Positions 48,053-62,764 of a stretch of DNA of 64,000 bases are shown here, piece by piece (position 1 is the first letter of the stretch; each line of letters begins with the position of its first letter). The stretch comes from Octopus vulgaris (lineage: Eukaryota), in NCBI GenBank assembly GCA_951406725.2, contig OX597839.1:30814001-30878000 (forward strand), read 5' to 3'. The position numbers were made by a program, and so were the translations under genes. The notes under the pieces are model-generated. The model was not told where the DNA came from. It saw nothing but the letters and a program-made list of their open reading frames with translations, and searched no databases.

Positions 48053-49010
48053 GTATTGGAGACAACAACAAGAGGAAGGACAAAGAGTACTCAATATTAA
48101 AAAAGAAAATCGTGATGTAATTTATTGGAATCTGTCACTTTAGAAATTCTTGCTCCGCGTTTCTCTTTGTTGATCGTCGGATGATTGAGTAAAATGAAGC
48201 CTGAACTTTGGGATATAACGAACAACACAGAGCGAAAATGGTTTGGGTTGGATGACATGAAATGACGTAACCTTGTTAGCAAACGAAACGACCATTTTTT
48301 TCTTTTAAACGAAGGAGGAGCGATTGGCATAAACATAGCGATAAGAATAAATTATACAATATAGAGGACATAAGGACATTTGTAAATATGTGTGTGTGTG
48401 TACAATTAAAAAAATGTAAAAAATATCAACAAAACCCTGTCAAATTTAAAACGTAGCAAAGAAAATTACCGGAAGTGTCTCGGTGTCTTTAAATATTTCA
48501 AATCGGATGTAATAAGTATGAATGCAAGTTTTCTGAAATTTCCCCTGTATGAGATACAAATCGCTGCTTGAATCAGCCATTTGGAAGTACAAAATTGATA
48601 AGTACTTCGGGATATGTCTACAATAACCTAATTTTTTTGATCATTTCTATAAACCTTTGTTGTCTTGTAGTAATATAACGTCTCCCTTAAAGTTTACAGT
48701 GTAAATTTGACCGAAAAATCGCCATAGACATGTCGGGTGTCATTGCAGAGAACTGACTTTTTTCAATTGCCAATGTTGTTCCTTTGAAAACAAAATGCAA
48801 TTCAAAGGCTTTTGGACATTTTTTCTTGTTCCTTAAATGTGTTGATAAAAGCAAACTTTACAATGGTTCTCAATCAAACCAATTTAGTTTCTACGAATTG
48901 AATTGTCTAATTAGACTTTATGGTTTACTGAGTTTGCAAAATTAGTTTCCTTTCATAGAATTTCTAAAAATCTGATTGTGTCTATGATTCACTGGAAATT
49001 CAAAAATAAA
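47250..49010 (+). other. Probable Pax3/7 3' UTR with candidate AATAAA signals (47470, 48346, 49005)
   Basis: AT-rich, SINE-free stretch after the stop codon with three AATAAA hexamers. The true end cannot be determined from sequence. Confidence 0.45.
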
Positions 49011-49432
49011 ATTTAAGAAGTCTCTGACAACATGTGGACATACGTACACGTACTCTCATTATATATATATATATGTGCGCGTGTGTGTGTATATATATTT
49101 ATGTGTTATAAATAGCATATGTGTGTGTGCGTGTGTGTGTTATAAATATATATACATCTGTACACAATTCTGTGCCAAATTATTTCCAAAACCGTCAAGT
49201 TCCGTAAATGACAATGAAACAACAGCAAAATCAATCTAGAATGCCATAAACTCGATGCTTCTGGGATCCTTTGAAAACTGAATAACTTTTCTTTTAAAAG
49301 TAGATCCCAAAACTCGAACCTATGAACCGACGTTTTAAATGCTCATCTGAAGTTGTGAATATGAAACTCTACTAAATCTGCATTAAAGACTTAACTTTCC
49401 AAAACACATGACCCTTATGAACGCATTGCGAC

Positions 49433-49482
<50 letters not shown>

Positions 49483-49484
49483 GA

Positions 49485-50960
49485 TAGGTGAATTGACAGA
49501 ATCGTTCGAGCGTTGGGCAAAATGCTTTGCGATATTTGTTCCGACTCTTTGCGTTCTGAGTTCAAATCCAACCAAGGTCGACTTTATCTTTCATCCCGCC
49601 GCGAGTGAGAAAATATAGTACCGGTTATGTACTGGGGACGATGTAATGAACCAGCCCCCCCACCACACCAATATTTCAGGGTTGGTGCCTACAGTAGAAA
49701 TAAATTATTATTATTATTATTGTTGTTAGTTTTGGAATTTAATGTGATTCGATTCTCTTAGGAGGAGGAGGCGGAGTTGGCGCCGTGTGCCACCCTCAAG
49801 CTGATGAAAGCAATAAGTTTACATCGATAACCAATGAGTCTAAACAACCAAACAAAACAAACATTCCCCGAAGTCACACAACCCTTCCCCCTTCCCCCCA
49901 CAAACATTCCCTAAAGTAATTAACCAGTCAGATAATAAAGGATGCATACAACCAGTTGATTAGGCAACGAAAGTATTGATTCTCCAAGCAACCAGGCGAC
50001 CAACCATCTTCTTAAAGAAGTAATGTCGTATCGGGACAATTTTATTAGGAAGAGATGAAAAAATAGAACGAAAGAAGTCTTCGTTTGCTAGAAATAGAGC
50101 ACAAATCTCTCCCTCCCTCTCTCTCTCCCTCTCTCATATTGGGTTCAAATTTTAACGCAAAGCCAGCAATTTTCTTTTTCGGGGTAGGGAGTAAGTCGAT
50201 TATCTCGACCCCCGAAAGGATGAAAGACAAAGTCGACCTCAGGGGTTGACAGACGAACTGCATTTCGCCCGGCGTTCTCATGGTTCTGTCAGTTCCCTGT
50301 CTTAGTAATAAAAATGGCTTTAAATTTTGGAAAAAAGGCCAGAAAGTTCGGTGGAGGAGGTAAGTCGATTATATCGGCCCCAGTGCGTAACAGGTACTTA
50401 TTTTATCGACTCCGAAAGGATGAAAGGCAAAGTCAACCTCGGCGGAATTTGAACTCAGAACGTAGCGACAGACAAAATACCTATTTCTTTACTACTCACA
50501 AGGGGCTAAACACAAAGGGGACAGACAAACGGTTTAAGTCGATTATATCTACCCAGTGCGTAACTGGTACTTATTTAATCGACGCCGAAAGGATGAAAGG
50601 CAAAGTCGACCTCGGCGGAATTTGAACTCAGTACGTAGCGGCAGACGAAAAACCGCTAAGCATTTCGCCTGGTGTGCTAACCATTCTGCCAGCTCGCCGC
50701 CTTGGTACAAACATTAATAATCATTTCTGCAATAGACACAAGTCTTCAAATTTGTGGGGGGGGGGGGGAGGGGGAGGGCTAATCGACTTATTCGATACCA
50801 GGGCTCAACTGTTACTTATTCTATTGACCCCGGAAGAATAAAAAGGTGAAGTCGGCTTCGATGGAATTTGACCCAATGATAATTTGTGCATAAGGCCAGC
50901 AATTTGAGGAATGGGGAAAGTTGATTATATCGACCCCAGTATTCAACTGGTATGTAATAA
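49485..50960. mobile_element. Cluster of family B SINE copies (+ at ~49485-49700, several - copies ~50140-50960)
   Basis: Repeated ccgaaaggatgaaaggcaaagtcgacctcggcggaatttgaactcag. Confidence 0.8.
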
Positions 50961-51869
50961 TATATTTTGCCCGGGAACATTAAAATGCTGTTGTGTAATC
51001 GTCTGGATTGACCCCGGTATATCATTGGGTAAGACGAACCTATTATGGTGTCAACCTACAATTCTGATGACATTTACTCCAGAGCTAAAGCCCTTTTTAA
51101 AATTTTTAATCAACCTCCGTTAATGACTTATTGTTATTGACAACAGCAGCAGCAGCTGCAGCAGTAGTGTTAGTAACAGGAGCCCCTAAACTCCCGAGTC
51201 CCACGATAGTCTACAAGTTTACATGAAAACCATTAGAGCCGCTGAATGGACAATGGGTCAGTGTTTTCAGTCTTTAAAGAGTTCGATGTTGGTTTCTGTG
51301 AAACGGGAAAACATTGCAGCGCTACTCCAGTTGTGGAGGCACGAAACCGAACAAGCCTGCTTCAGGCAAATGCCTCGGCTCTCATTCAAAAGTAACGAAA
51401 CTATTGTTATAGAAAGCCAAGCAGGGTTCCACTTTGACGATCGAGAATTCACCGCTAACGTCCAGCTCTAGTTTCATTATTTCAATCTGGATAGGGCCAC
51501 GGTTTATCGCCGGATAACAAACCTTTCTGAACTAGTAGTACCTTGGATAGGGCCCCTGATTCATCGCTGCTTAAACACGCGAAGTAATACCGATTTCAGG
51601 GACGGTGAGGTTCATATGAAGCGGGATGGAAGCCCGCTCACTTCGTCTCTTTTTTCACAAGAAGTGGTAAAGGGTTCAACGAAGGACCCACTTTTAACCC
51701 CTTGTCAAAGGAAGGAATCCACGAACAGCACAGGCAGAAATAAAGATGAATATATCACAATACAACACACACACACACATAATACGTATATGTATATATG
51801 TACACTCACACATATATAATATATATATTATATACATATAATATATACGTGTGCGTGTGTGTGAATATA

Positions 51870-51902
<33 letters not shown>

Positions 51903-52936
51903 CACCCATATATATGTGTGTGTGTCTCCGTACCAATGTTTGACCTTTTTGCCCAAGTTAGAAGTCAGTATTGATACACATCCATGGGGGTGATCCCTTC
52001 TATCAGAGTTGGCCCCCAATCACCAGACAAAGAAAGGGACATGTCATCCCAACAAAATTACATTTTTTTCTATTTCTTTTTAGAATTATTGTGGGGTTTT
52101 TTTCGTGTATTTTCTTTTTCCAATGACATTTATTTAAGAAGAGTAAAACTAATAACAAAAACAATATTATATATACATACATACGTGTGTATATATGTGT
52201 ATGTATATATGTGTGTGTATGTATGTATATATATATTTATATATATAATTTGTCACCACACTCACTTGTAACATTATCATACACTATCAGAAATAATGTG
52301 TGTTTATCTTAGAGACGTTCAATGTTTGTTAGGCCGAGCCGCAAGACTTGGTCTCGGTGGTCTGTGAAAACACAAACCTAAAGGTAAAGTGTATATATAT
52401 ATGTATGCATGTATGTATATGCATGTGTATGTATGTAGAAACGTTTCTGAATACACAAAGAAAATAAAATAAATTAAATGCTGATAATGTTTTTATGTTT
52501 TTCCTCCGTCGGTGATCGATAAAATATGAACGAGATGGGGAATGGGGATCGATGTAATCGCTAGGTGAGACCACAGCCCCGAAGACATTCAAAATTCCAT
52601 TTACATCAGAGCCGTCTTATAGGAATAGAAACCGACCCCAATAGTTTACAGGTACTTTTCAGCTTCTTGCCACACATCCACGCCTGCGTATTTCGACATA
52701 TTCTCCCTAAATTCATGAAAGGGTCTTAAACTAAAGATTTCTAATTGAAACCCAAGGTTTTTGAGGGGAGCCGTTGGTCAATTACGGTAACGAAATACTT
52801 GTTTCATACTTTATTTGACTCCGAAAGGATGAAAGGCAAAGTCGACCTCGGCGGCATTTGAACTCAGAACGTAGAGAACCGAAATAAATACCACCTGTCC
52901 TGTGCCGCCACATTGGCAGATAGGGTTCCTTTGCAC

Positions 52937-53363
52937 CTACGTCTGCGGACCCGGCTCCCTCAGAAACTCATTCACCGGCATTTTTAATCTTTTCTCGCAA
53001 TCACAAACTTTTAAATTGAACATTAAACATCTTACAATGCTCCCTCTCATTCCACTCACGACATTCTCCAGTTGAGAAGCGGGAGTGGGGGATCTAAAGG
53101 ACACTGCTATTTTTTTTATCAAAACCCTCAACATTTCTCCACAGTTGCCCAATCCCCGTATTGCTTCAAATGGAGAATACTTTGAAGGAGACAGAAGTGT
53201 AAACATTTAAAACCAAGAGAATAAAAAAATAACATTGCAGAATTGGGTTTCCCCCCTCGTTGGCTGAGGGTAGACATCTACAAAGTACCTCGGTAGAAAG
53301 ATTAGCTTTTAAGGTAGGAACTCGATACAACATAGCTTCGAAGCAGGAGAAACAGGGGTGCAT
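52937..53363 (-). mobile_element. Possible degraded Tx1/L1 ORF2 C-terminal relic
   Basis: VPTLKANL..CRCL..E..ILQC and FNLKV..EKRLK..F resemble the zf-RVT region; weak. Confidence 0.3.
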
Positions 53364-53572
53364 CGCTGTGTGAAGAAGACTAAGAGAAGAGGCTTAGAAA
53401 TGGTACCCAGAAACAAGATGTCAGGAATAGGGAGAGACAGGTGGGTAATTCAAAAAAGTACATGTGTACTTTTAAGACAAAAATAAGGTAGGCACATAGT
53501 ACAGAGATACACAGGAAGGAAAGGGGTATATATTTATATGGGTACAACGTACACAGCGTATCTAAGTTGCGG

Positions 53573-53930
53573 GTGGCCGTGTGGTAAGAAGTCTACTTCC
53601 CAAGCGCACGGTTCCGAGTTCAGTCCTACTACATGGCACCTTCGGCAAGCGTCTTCTATTATAGCCTCGAGCTGACCAAAGCCTTATGAATGCATTTGGT
53701 AGATGGAAACCGAAAGAAGCCCGTCATACAGATATGAGTGTGTATTTGTCCCTTACCACTGCTTGACAACCTGTGTTGGTGTGTTTACGTCCCCGTAACT
53801 TAGTGGTTCAGCATAAGAGACTGATAGAATAAGTACCAGGTATTTAAGAAATAGTACTGGGGTCGATCCATGCGAAAGAAAACTCTTCAAGGCGGTGCCC
53901 CTGCATGGCCGGCTGAAACAAGTAAAAAAA
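53573..53930 (+). mobile_element. Full-length family A SINE
   Basis: gtggccgtgtggtaagaagtctacttccc…gagttcagtcc…gcatggcc…ctgaaacaagtaaaa. Confidence 0.8.
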
Positions 53931-54506
53931 AAAACTAAACAATACAGAAACCTTTTCCCTTGTCTTTCGACCTGCTAGAAATGGCAGCCAAATCTTACTT
54001 TTATCACACACCGATCGTTTAAAAAACGGGAGGGACGCATTAAATAATGTAAGTCTAGATACACTAAACAGCGAGGGCACGGCTGGAATACCTTTGATCT
54101 CTGCTCCATTAAAGCTTGACTTGGAACTAAATAGCAATTTTCAACAGTCTCTAATTAACGATAATTAATTTAATGCTTATTTGATTACGGAAATATTTAC
54201 CCAAGTAATTAGCATAACAAACATAACTCTCATATTTGTAATTAACACAAATGGTGACAACACAATTTTAGAAGAATAACAGATCATCGTTTAACGTCCG
54301 CTTTTCTATGCTTGCATGGGTCAGATGGAATGTGATGAGGTAGATTTCGTACAGACGGACGTCCCTTCCGTTGCCAACCCTCATGGCCAGACATGTTTTC
54401 ACAGAAGACTGGAAACAAAAAGCTTGTATGACGGTGGTGCTCATATACAGCCAGCACGTGATGTCAAGACAAAGGTACACACACATAACACACACGTGTA
54501 TGTATG

Positions 54507-54549
<43 letters not shown>

Positions 54550-54789
54550 CCCCCACTTAAAAGTGGTTGTCGTGTTCGAACACCGAACACTGCAATTGTG
54601 ACGAAGATAGTTATCGTTTGCGGGAGACTGCCATCGCCGCCGCCAGGACAACCTGATCACGTGATTTCGGCCTCCCTTGACCTTGTGAATGGCTGACCGC
54701 TACCGATATCAGTGTTTGAATGATGCCACCCCACTGGGTGGGTAGGTAGGATAACGTTCACCCTGATCAGAAAGCTAGTTTGTCACATT

Positions 54790-54922
54790 TACAGCTGAAT
54801 GGAAGGGAGCTGTGTGAAATGAAGTGTTTTGCTCAAGAATACAATGTGCTACTGGTCTGGGAATCGAACCCATGATCACTAAGATCATGAGTACCACACC
54901 CTAACCACTAGGTCGCGCGCCT
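54790..54922 (-). mobile_element. tRNA-headed SINE (family C)
   Basis: gtgttttgctcaagaa…gggaatcgaaccc…ccctaaccacta. Confidence 0.65.
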
Positions 54923-56061
54923 TCACACACACACACACACAGAAAGGGCTTCCTCCAGTTTCCATCTATAAAATCCACTCACAATGTTTTGCTCGGCCCG
55001 AGGCTATATTAGAAAACATTTGCCCAAGGTGTCACGCCGAGGGATTGAACCAGGAACCGTATGGTTGGTAAGTAAATTTCTCAACAGCACAGCCTCGGCT
55101 GCGTCTTTTATGATTTTCTTTCCCGGTTTAGAGCCGAGTTCTTTCAACCCGATTTCCCCCCCCCCCTTCTTTTGGGCGAAGTTCATTTGTTGTCAGCAGT
55201 TTCCATCTTTGGGCTGCGGTCATCCAACACCCTCTTCTCCCCCCCCCTGTTACATCCTAAGATATTTAGGTTGTCGACCTCGGAAGCCGAAAAGGAAAAA
55301 TCCACGTAGACCGGATTTGAACTCAGAACGTGCAGGGACTTCACCAAATACAAACCAAATACTGTGTCGGATGCTCTACCGATTCTGCCAACTAGAAACC
55401 CTTTTATGAATAAATAATGTATCGGCGTCGGGGCCATCAGTTTGGGGAGGGGGGGGGGGGTTGACTTGGGTGAGATCAGATGCGAAATGAGGGGGGCTGG
55501 GGAGGAAAGAAACCTGAGAAAGAGTGATGAGTGATGGGGATTAAGAAAGATGCTTGACATTATTAAACGGACTCGTTGTGCTTTCTGTTATTTGCTTCGC
55601 AACGTAGAAGATTTCCTCCTGAATTACCAACTTTTCATTCCCATAATTGCTGTGTATGGAGGGGGCGGAGAGGTGGCGTGGATCGAATGTCTTCCCTTGG
55701 CATCGTCCCGAATTATTTATAATTACACTTAATTAATCACCGAGACCATTTGTAGGTTAAACTTCGGTTATGAAGGGTCGAGTGGGACTCTATTGTTTTT
55801 ATAGCAGACAGACAGACAGACAGACAGACTGATGGGCAGTAACAGAGAGGGGGGGGGGGTAGAGTTCGATCAGATGATCGGAGTAATTAATATCCACAAT
55901 AAAAAAAAAAAGAAAATCTCACCGGTCGTCCTACTGCAATGGCCCCATGGCCCCATGGTTCGATTGTCGTCTCAAACCGCGTCGTTTTCTGGCAGCCTTG
56001 TAAGAAAACAATGAACACCGCGCGTGCGTGTGTCTGTGTGTCTCCAGCACACTTCTTTTAC

Positions 56062-56430
56062 ACTTTTACTTGTTTCAGTCATTTGACTGCGGCCATGCTG
56101 GAGCAACGCCTTTAGTCGAGCAAATCGACCCCAGGACCTATTCTTTGTAAGCCCAGTACTTATTCTATCGGTCTCTTTTCCCGAACTGCTCGGTTACGCG
56201 GACGTAAACACACCAGCATTGGTTGTCAAGGGATGTTGGGGGGGGGACAAACACAAACACACACATATATATATATATATATACGAGGGGCTTCTTTCAG
56301 TTTCCGTCTACCAAATCCACTCACAGGGCTTTGGTTGGCCCGAGGCTATAGTAGAAAACACTTGCCCAAGGTGCCACGCAGTGGGACTGAACCCGGAACC
56401 ATGTGGTTCGTAAGCAAGCAACTTACCACA
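56062..56430 (-). mobile_element. Full-length family A SINE
   Basis: Near-consensus copy: ttttacttgtttcagtcatttgactgcggccatgctggagc…gtgggactgaacccggaaccatgtgg. Confidence 0.85.
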
Positions 56431-57834
56431 CATCCACTCCAGCGCCTCTTCACAGCCTCATAATATGACAGCGGCAGAAAGGCAAACTAACAAAGAGCAC
56501 GTGGATTAGCATTTCATAAAGTTAACAGCCAACTGGCGAAGAAGTTCGCTGTAATTTCAAGGTCCGGGGTTCGTATACAACTTGGTCGCTAAGGCAAGTT
56601 TCTTCTGCTCAAATCTCGAGTCGACTCCTCCATCGTCAAACCATTTGTGTCAGCTCACCGGGTGTACTGTTTGGATAACTGCCGCGTCACAGTGCCACAC
56701 CAATTGAAACAGAGACTTACGTAAAGGGGACAAGTGTCTACAGGATACTCAACCACTAATGTCAATGTGTTGAGAGAACAATTAGATTAGTCATCGTCGA
56801 AACCGATGAAAATCCATAAATTTTATGTATGTGTATATCTATATCGCCATATATATATTATATATATAAATATACACATACACACCTCACACATACCCCT
56901 ATACACGTCTTTGTGTGTGTGTGTGTGTGTGTGTGTAAATATATATATATATATACACACACATACAAACACATATACACACAGCAGTAAAATAGCAGGA
57001 GCAACAGACATGCATACATGTGTATTAGTGTGTGTGTGTGTGTGTGTGTGTGTACACAACAACAGTAAAGCAACTGTAGCGATCTCGACTTGTGTCTACG
57101 GAGAGCAGCGATGCGTGTCTAAAGGAATAATGTATTATAAACTCATAATAAATACGCAAACACTCCTGTTTGGGCCGATTCACACGGTGTTGCTGGTTGC
57201 TCTAGCTGCCAGGCCGGTTGGTCGGTTGGCAGATTGCTAGGATGTCTGTCTGTCTGTCATTGTTGGGTCGACTAGCTGGTTGGGTGGTTAGTCGGTTGGT
57301 TTCTGGAAGTTCTTCACGAAAACTCATTTCCCACCACCACCACCACCACCACCCCACCTCGAAAGGAAAGCCCAACTTTAATTGCTTTAATACTGGCCCT
57401 AAAAAAGACTGAACCAGTCACTGCTGGTTAAGCAGAAGACAGGGAACAAGTAAGAGACGCCCCTGTTAGGAAGCTCACCGAGTGGAAGAGACTGCATACA
57501 CATATTACTTATGAATATGGTTAAGTTAATACCGTCTCGAAACAGCTGTCGAGATAAGTTAATGCCGTCTTGAAACAGGTGTCGAGATAAGACTTTACAT
57601 AATTCTCCTCGTTTTCTTTTTTCTTCATTTTTTAATCTGTAATTTTTGCTTCATGTAAATATACGGCTCAAGTCTGCCTGTACTCATCTGCCTTTCAACC
57701 CCCATATTAGCTCGACGGGGATTGTTCATACAGCTAACGTTCGATGCACAGGTGCTGTCCCTGGAGGGAGAAGTTGGAGTTTAAGTTCCATTCATTTTGT
57801 GTTATGTGAATTATGCTTAGTTTGCTTTTACCTA

Positions 57835-57884
<50 letters not shown>

Positions 57885-59409
57885 ATGTATGTATGAAAAT
57901 AGGAGATTGGAAATTTTTTTGTATTATCTGCCATTGCTAGTGTTTCATTTGCTAATAGGAGCCACTCTTACTTGTTTCCTATATTCTTTTTAGGGCCAGT
58001 ATTAATGCAATTAAACTCGGGCTTTTCTTTCGAGGGGGAGGGGACTGGGAAATGAGTTTTCATGAAGAACTTCCACAAACCAATTTATGCATACCTCACA
58101 CACATATAGCATCTACACACGGATTTGGAATTCTGGAATAAGCAGATGCGCTTCAAGAGGACACGGCTTGGGTTTTAACCCTGTCCATATAGCACACACA
58201 ACCATCAAGAATGCTGTCGGGGAAGCAGATGGTGAGATATAGAGAGGGAAAGGAAGAAAGGGTGAGAAAGATAGTGAGAGAGAAAGCGATTAAGAGTGAT
58301 GAGGTGGAAAGAAATATGTAACTGTCAGCGGTGGGATCACGAGCCTAAAGATGTGGGTCGTTTTACGGCTCGACTAAGGGGCACTCAGTTTGTAGAAGAT
58401 GGTCAGAGCGAAGGGTGGTCCGAAGTCCTGGGAGTATCCCGATCCTACCGAGATGGTGGTTTCCCAACACCATTTGTGAATAGATTGGTTTTTTCTCTTT
58501 TCTTTTCTTTTGCGTACCATATTTCTTACCTTCCTTCAAATTATTTCCCCCTGTATATAATTCTTGAGATGATTTCCCCTTCTCAGACGGAGTTTGCCTT
58601 TCAGCTGCCACCCGGCGATTGTTTTACCTTCTCTGAAAGTGAAACTAGTTTCAATAAATCGAGAATCTACTTCGATAACTAAAACGCTTTCACTTCTCCC
58701 TCTTACTACATTGCCAGTGACTTATCTCTTCGCCCAGTTGATAGGAGGGTGTGGGTGTAAATAAATCACTTGTACAGGTGTAAGCATTGTTTTGTGGCTA
58801 AGAAACTGGCAGCCACGTGGTTCCGAGTTCAGTCTCATTGCGTGACACCTTGGCCAGGTATCTTCTGCGATAGTCTCAGACCGACCAATGCCTTGTCAAT
58901 GGAAGACTGGCATCTGGAATGTAAGGTTATCGATAAAGGATTAATGGATGGCGTGAGCAAAGATGTTCTTGGGGGAGATTCTGGATACTGATGAGGAGGA
59001 ATAGAGCCGTCTTTCCCGCATGATTTTTCATCCTAGAGTCTATGGATAACTTTCGGTAGAGCTACAAGGGGAAACAGTCGGTTCAGAATTAACCCTAGAA
59101 ATACGAAAGTGCAGCCAAGTGCACAGTTTGAAAACCGTCCTAAAACCGTGCCACAAGCACACGTTTTGAAGTTATGTGAAACTAGTTACCGCAATGCATG
59201 GTGGGTCCTGTTATCAGTCAAGTCTCTCCATAAACATTCGTCGCTTTCCTTTTCGTCAGAAAAAAGCAGGAGATTATCCTCTGTCGGGTGACTGGGGCTG
59301 AGGACTTATTCTTAGAACAGATGAAAGAGAAAAGGTTGAGGAGAAACACTACACTTTTCCAAGAAAGATGATGGGTGGTGCTGGGCTTTAGTAAATTTAC
59401 TGAAAGGTG

Positions 59410-59765
59410 CGTCGAACAAAATGCTTAACGACAATTCTTAACGTTTTGAGCTCAAATTCTGTCGCTGTCGATTTAGCCTTTCATCATTTCGGGGTCGATT
59501 AACTATGAACGAGTTAAGCATTGAGGGTGATACACGAGATTTAACCGTCCCATGAAATTGCTCACCTTCGGCCAAAGCTTGCTACCATTACTACTACTAC
59601 GACCATTGCTACATTGACCCCAGTGCGTAACTGGTACTTAATTTATCGACCCCAAAAGGATGAAAGGCAAAGTCGACCTCGGCGGAATTTGAACTCAGAG
59701 CCTAAAGACGGACAAAATGTCGCTAAGCATTTTGTCCGGTATGCAAACGATTCTCCTAGCTCGCT
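59410..59765. mobile_element. Two family B SINE pieces in opposite orientation
   Basis: + piece gcctttcatcatttcggggtcg; - piece aaggatgaaaggcaaagtcgacctcggcgg. Confidence 0.75.
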
Positions 59766-60664
59766 TTAAATTAATATTAATTCTATTTTGCTTACAACAG
59801 ACATCATTATGTTTCATTATTATTATTTGCAATCTGGTCGCCATATCTCCTCCCAGAATTGACTACAAACCGGTAAGGTGAGGGTAGTAGACCGGGTGAG
59901 ACCCGGGTGGGTCGAGAGGGGAGGAAAGAGAGAGAGAGAGAAGGAGAGGTGAAGGGGAATGATCACAGTTTGGAGGTGAGATTTCTCGCACGGCTGCCTC
60001 TCCTCGCACCATTTCCCATTTGGCACAGCCAGACATGTTCCATTAACTAGACCGTCCTCCCTCGTAAACCAACACACGCCTGCGCACACACACACACACA
60101 CACACACACACTAATGCACATACATCTTCGCACAGCCGGGTGTGTGAGTGTGTGTTGTAGCTATTAGAAATATGCACAAACGAACACAAACACATTTCCA
60201 CATGTAAATACGTTAACACACACACATACACACACACGCACACACACACACACGCACACACACACACACCTTCATTCGTCCCCCGTAGCGACTTAAGTGA
60301 AGCGCAGATTGTCAGTCGGATCCACAGCTCATGAGCCACCCGAACACACAACCGGGTGCTTCACGGTCAGCGACCTCACCTCATGTGTGGTCACTCAAAC
60401 TACAAGAAACAACAGCCAAATCTCTCTAAAATTAAACCATTTCGTGTTGAAATCAGAAAGTAACCAACGGGATTCTGGAGTGTATTAATCAGGAGGTAAT
60501 AATAGAAAACAGACGGTATTGTCACGGTTGGAGAGTCTTATCATACGTCTGCTGGATCAGAGTTGATTTAAAGCGAAGTAGTTTCCGAATCTATGAGAAA
60601 AACGTCGTCGGTGTGGTTGCTTGAAATGCTAGAAATAGCAGGTAAATACCAGTCAGATCATACC

Positions 60665-61020
60665 GTGGGCAGTTTGGTTAGAAGTTTGCTTCCCAACCAC
60701 ACGGTTCTGGGTTCAGTCCCACTGCGTGGCACCTTGAGCAAGTCTCTCCTACTTTAGCCACGGGTCGACCAAAGACTTGTGAGTGGATTTGCTAGACGGA
60801 AAACGAAAGAATCCCATTGTGTGTATGTGTGAGTGTGCACCACTACCGTCTGACAACCGGTGTTGGTTTGTATACGTCTCCGTAATTTAGTGGTTCAGCA
60901 AAAGAGACCGGCAAAATTAAGGACCAGGCTTAACAATAGAAAATAAATCCTGAGGTCGATTCATTCGACTTAAATTCTTCAAGGTATTGCCCCAGCATGA
61001 CCGCAGTCTTACGACAAACA
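60665..61020 (+). mobile_element. Family A SINE
   Basis: gaagtttgcttcccaaccacacggttctgggttcagtcccactgcgtggcacc…ccccagcatgaccgcag. Confidence 0.8.
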
Positions 61021-62134
61021 ACTATTTGGATTAAATGAAGATGTAGTCTACAGTATCCTATGATTGAAAAACAAACTACGGAATGGTCACGGTTGGAATG
61101 CATATGTAGTGAGATATGAATGAACTATTTTGTTGCCGTGGCATAGCACAGTCGTGCTCTGCCCATTTCATCCATTTTACTGCCGAGACATGCGGCAACT
61201 TCCGCCCGGCAGTAATTAGTTGCAGCTTCGACAGCGAGGAAGCGACACCATCTTCTCCTGTACGACACCTATTCTATAATTTTTACATTTTGGATTGATG
61301 GAGTTGTAGAACCGGTAGAGTGCCGGATTAAATGGATTTACTCTAAGCTTTGGGTTCAAATTTCGATGGAAATCGAATCCCATCCTGGGCCATCAAGGGT
61401 TTCCTCTCTTTTCTGTATCTATTGCCCTTTGGGCCATCACAGCTTCAGAATCTGGAGGTCCCGAGAAAGATCCTAATTGAACTGGGGCACTGAAAACCTT
61501 GTCACCATATTTAGCTTTTGTTTCAGTCATTTGGCAGCGACCATGCTGGGGCACCACCTTTAAGGATTCTAATCGAATAACGAAACGTTACTTAACAGAC
61601 GTCACAGCCATGGTGTCGGACGTCCTTCGTGGGTCGACCACTAAGTAGATTTCTCTCTACACCTACGTCTGGTTATTGTCGTTTAGCCCAAGGTTAGCTC
61701 TGACGATAACCGAAAGGATCACGAATGAATTCGTCTGGAGATGCGGGTCTTGCAAATGGCTGGCACATCAATGTGATTAAAAGCAGGGTGCGAGTCCAGC
61801 TTTCAAGCCTGAAAGATATTTCACCACAACAAGGGGCTCACTCACATAGCAAGGATAAAATGGGAAAGTTTACGACAAAGTGCTAAACAAAGGGAACAGC
61901 ACCTGTCGCATCCATTACACTAAAACGTCAGAGCCTCACAGAAACTGACTTCAACCAACAGAAGCTGAGCGAGACCCCTAAAGCCTATCGTAGTTAATAG
62001 CGGCCCCTCATAAACCTGGCAACAAGTTCACGGCTGTTATTTACCAAATACCTTTGCATTATATCTACATCTCTGTGTTACGGGACAATTTTTGATATTC
62101 TTTCTGACAATATTTACAAGTATGACACAAGCGA

Positions 62135-62250
62135 GTGTGGCTGGGCGGTAAGAAGTTTGTGTCCCAACCACAGGATTCCGGGTTCAGTCCCACACTGCGA
62201 CCAATTGGACGTTTGAGTGAATTTAGTAGATGGAAACTGAAAGAAGCCCA

Positions 62251-62284
<34 letters not shown>

Positions 62285-62480
62285 GATGGGGTATCACCAT
62301 CACTTGGCAACTGGTGTTGGTTTGTTTACGTCCTCGTAACCTAGCAGTTCGGCAAAGTAACCGATAGAAGAAGTAGCAAGCTTAAATGAATTAAGGCGCT
62401 CGATTTATTCGACTAGAAATTCTTCCATGCGGTGCTCTAGTATGGCCGCAGTCTAATGACCCAAACAAGTAAAGAATAGA
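62135..62480 (+). mobile_element. Family A SINE
   Basis: gtggctgggcggtaagaagtttgtgtcccaacc…tatggccgcagtctaatgac. Confidence 0.75.
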
Positions 62481-62684
62481 AGATGTTACAAACAGGACTC
62501 GAGTGCAATGACTGCTAACATTTGTAGAACGGAAGTTGCGCTGAAGAGCCACCCGCGGGTACATAGTTGCGCTGAAGAGCCACCCACTCTAACACGGGAC
62601 CCCTCTGCTCCGAACAGGGGAAGATCCTCACTTCTGAAATCCCATAATCTGCCACCTCACCCCTCCCTATTCCAATGAAGGTTG

Positions 62685-62764
<80 letters not shown>

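Noticed and set aside
61695-61725. CTGACGA-taacc-GAAA hammerhead-like core (similar at ~4553)
   Set aside because: Only 5 nt between the core halves with no stem II, and no stem I or III.
62533-62584. 21-bp direct repeat agttgcgctgaagagccaccc
   Set aside because: Two copies only, no associated structure; a simple local duplication.
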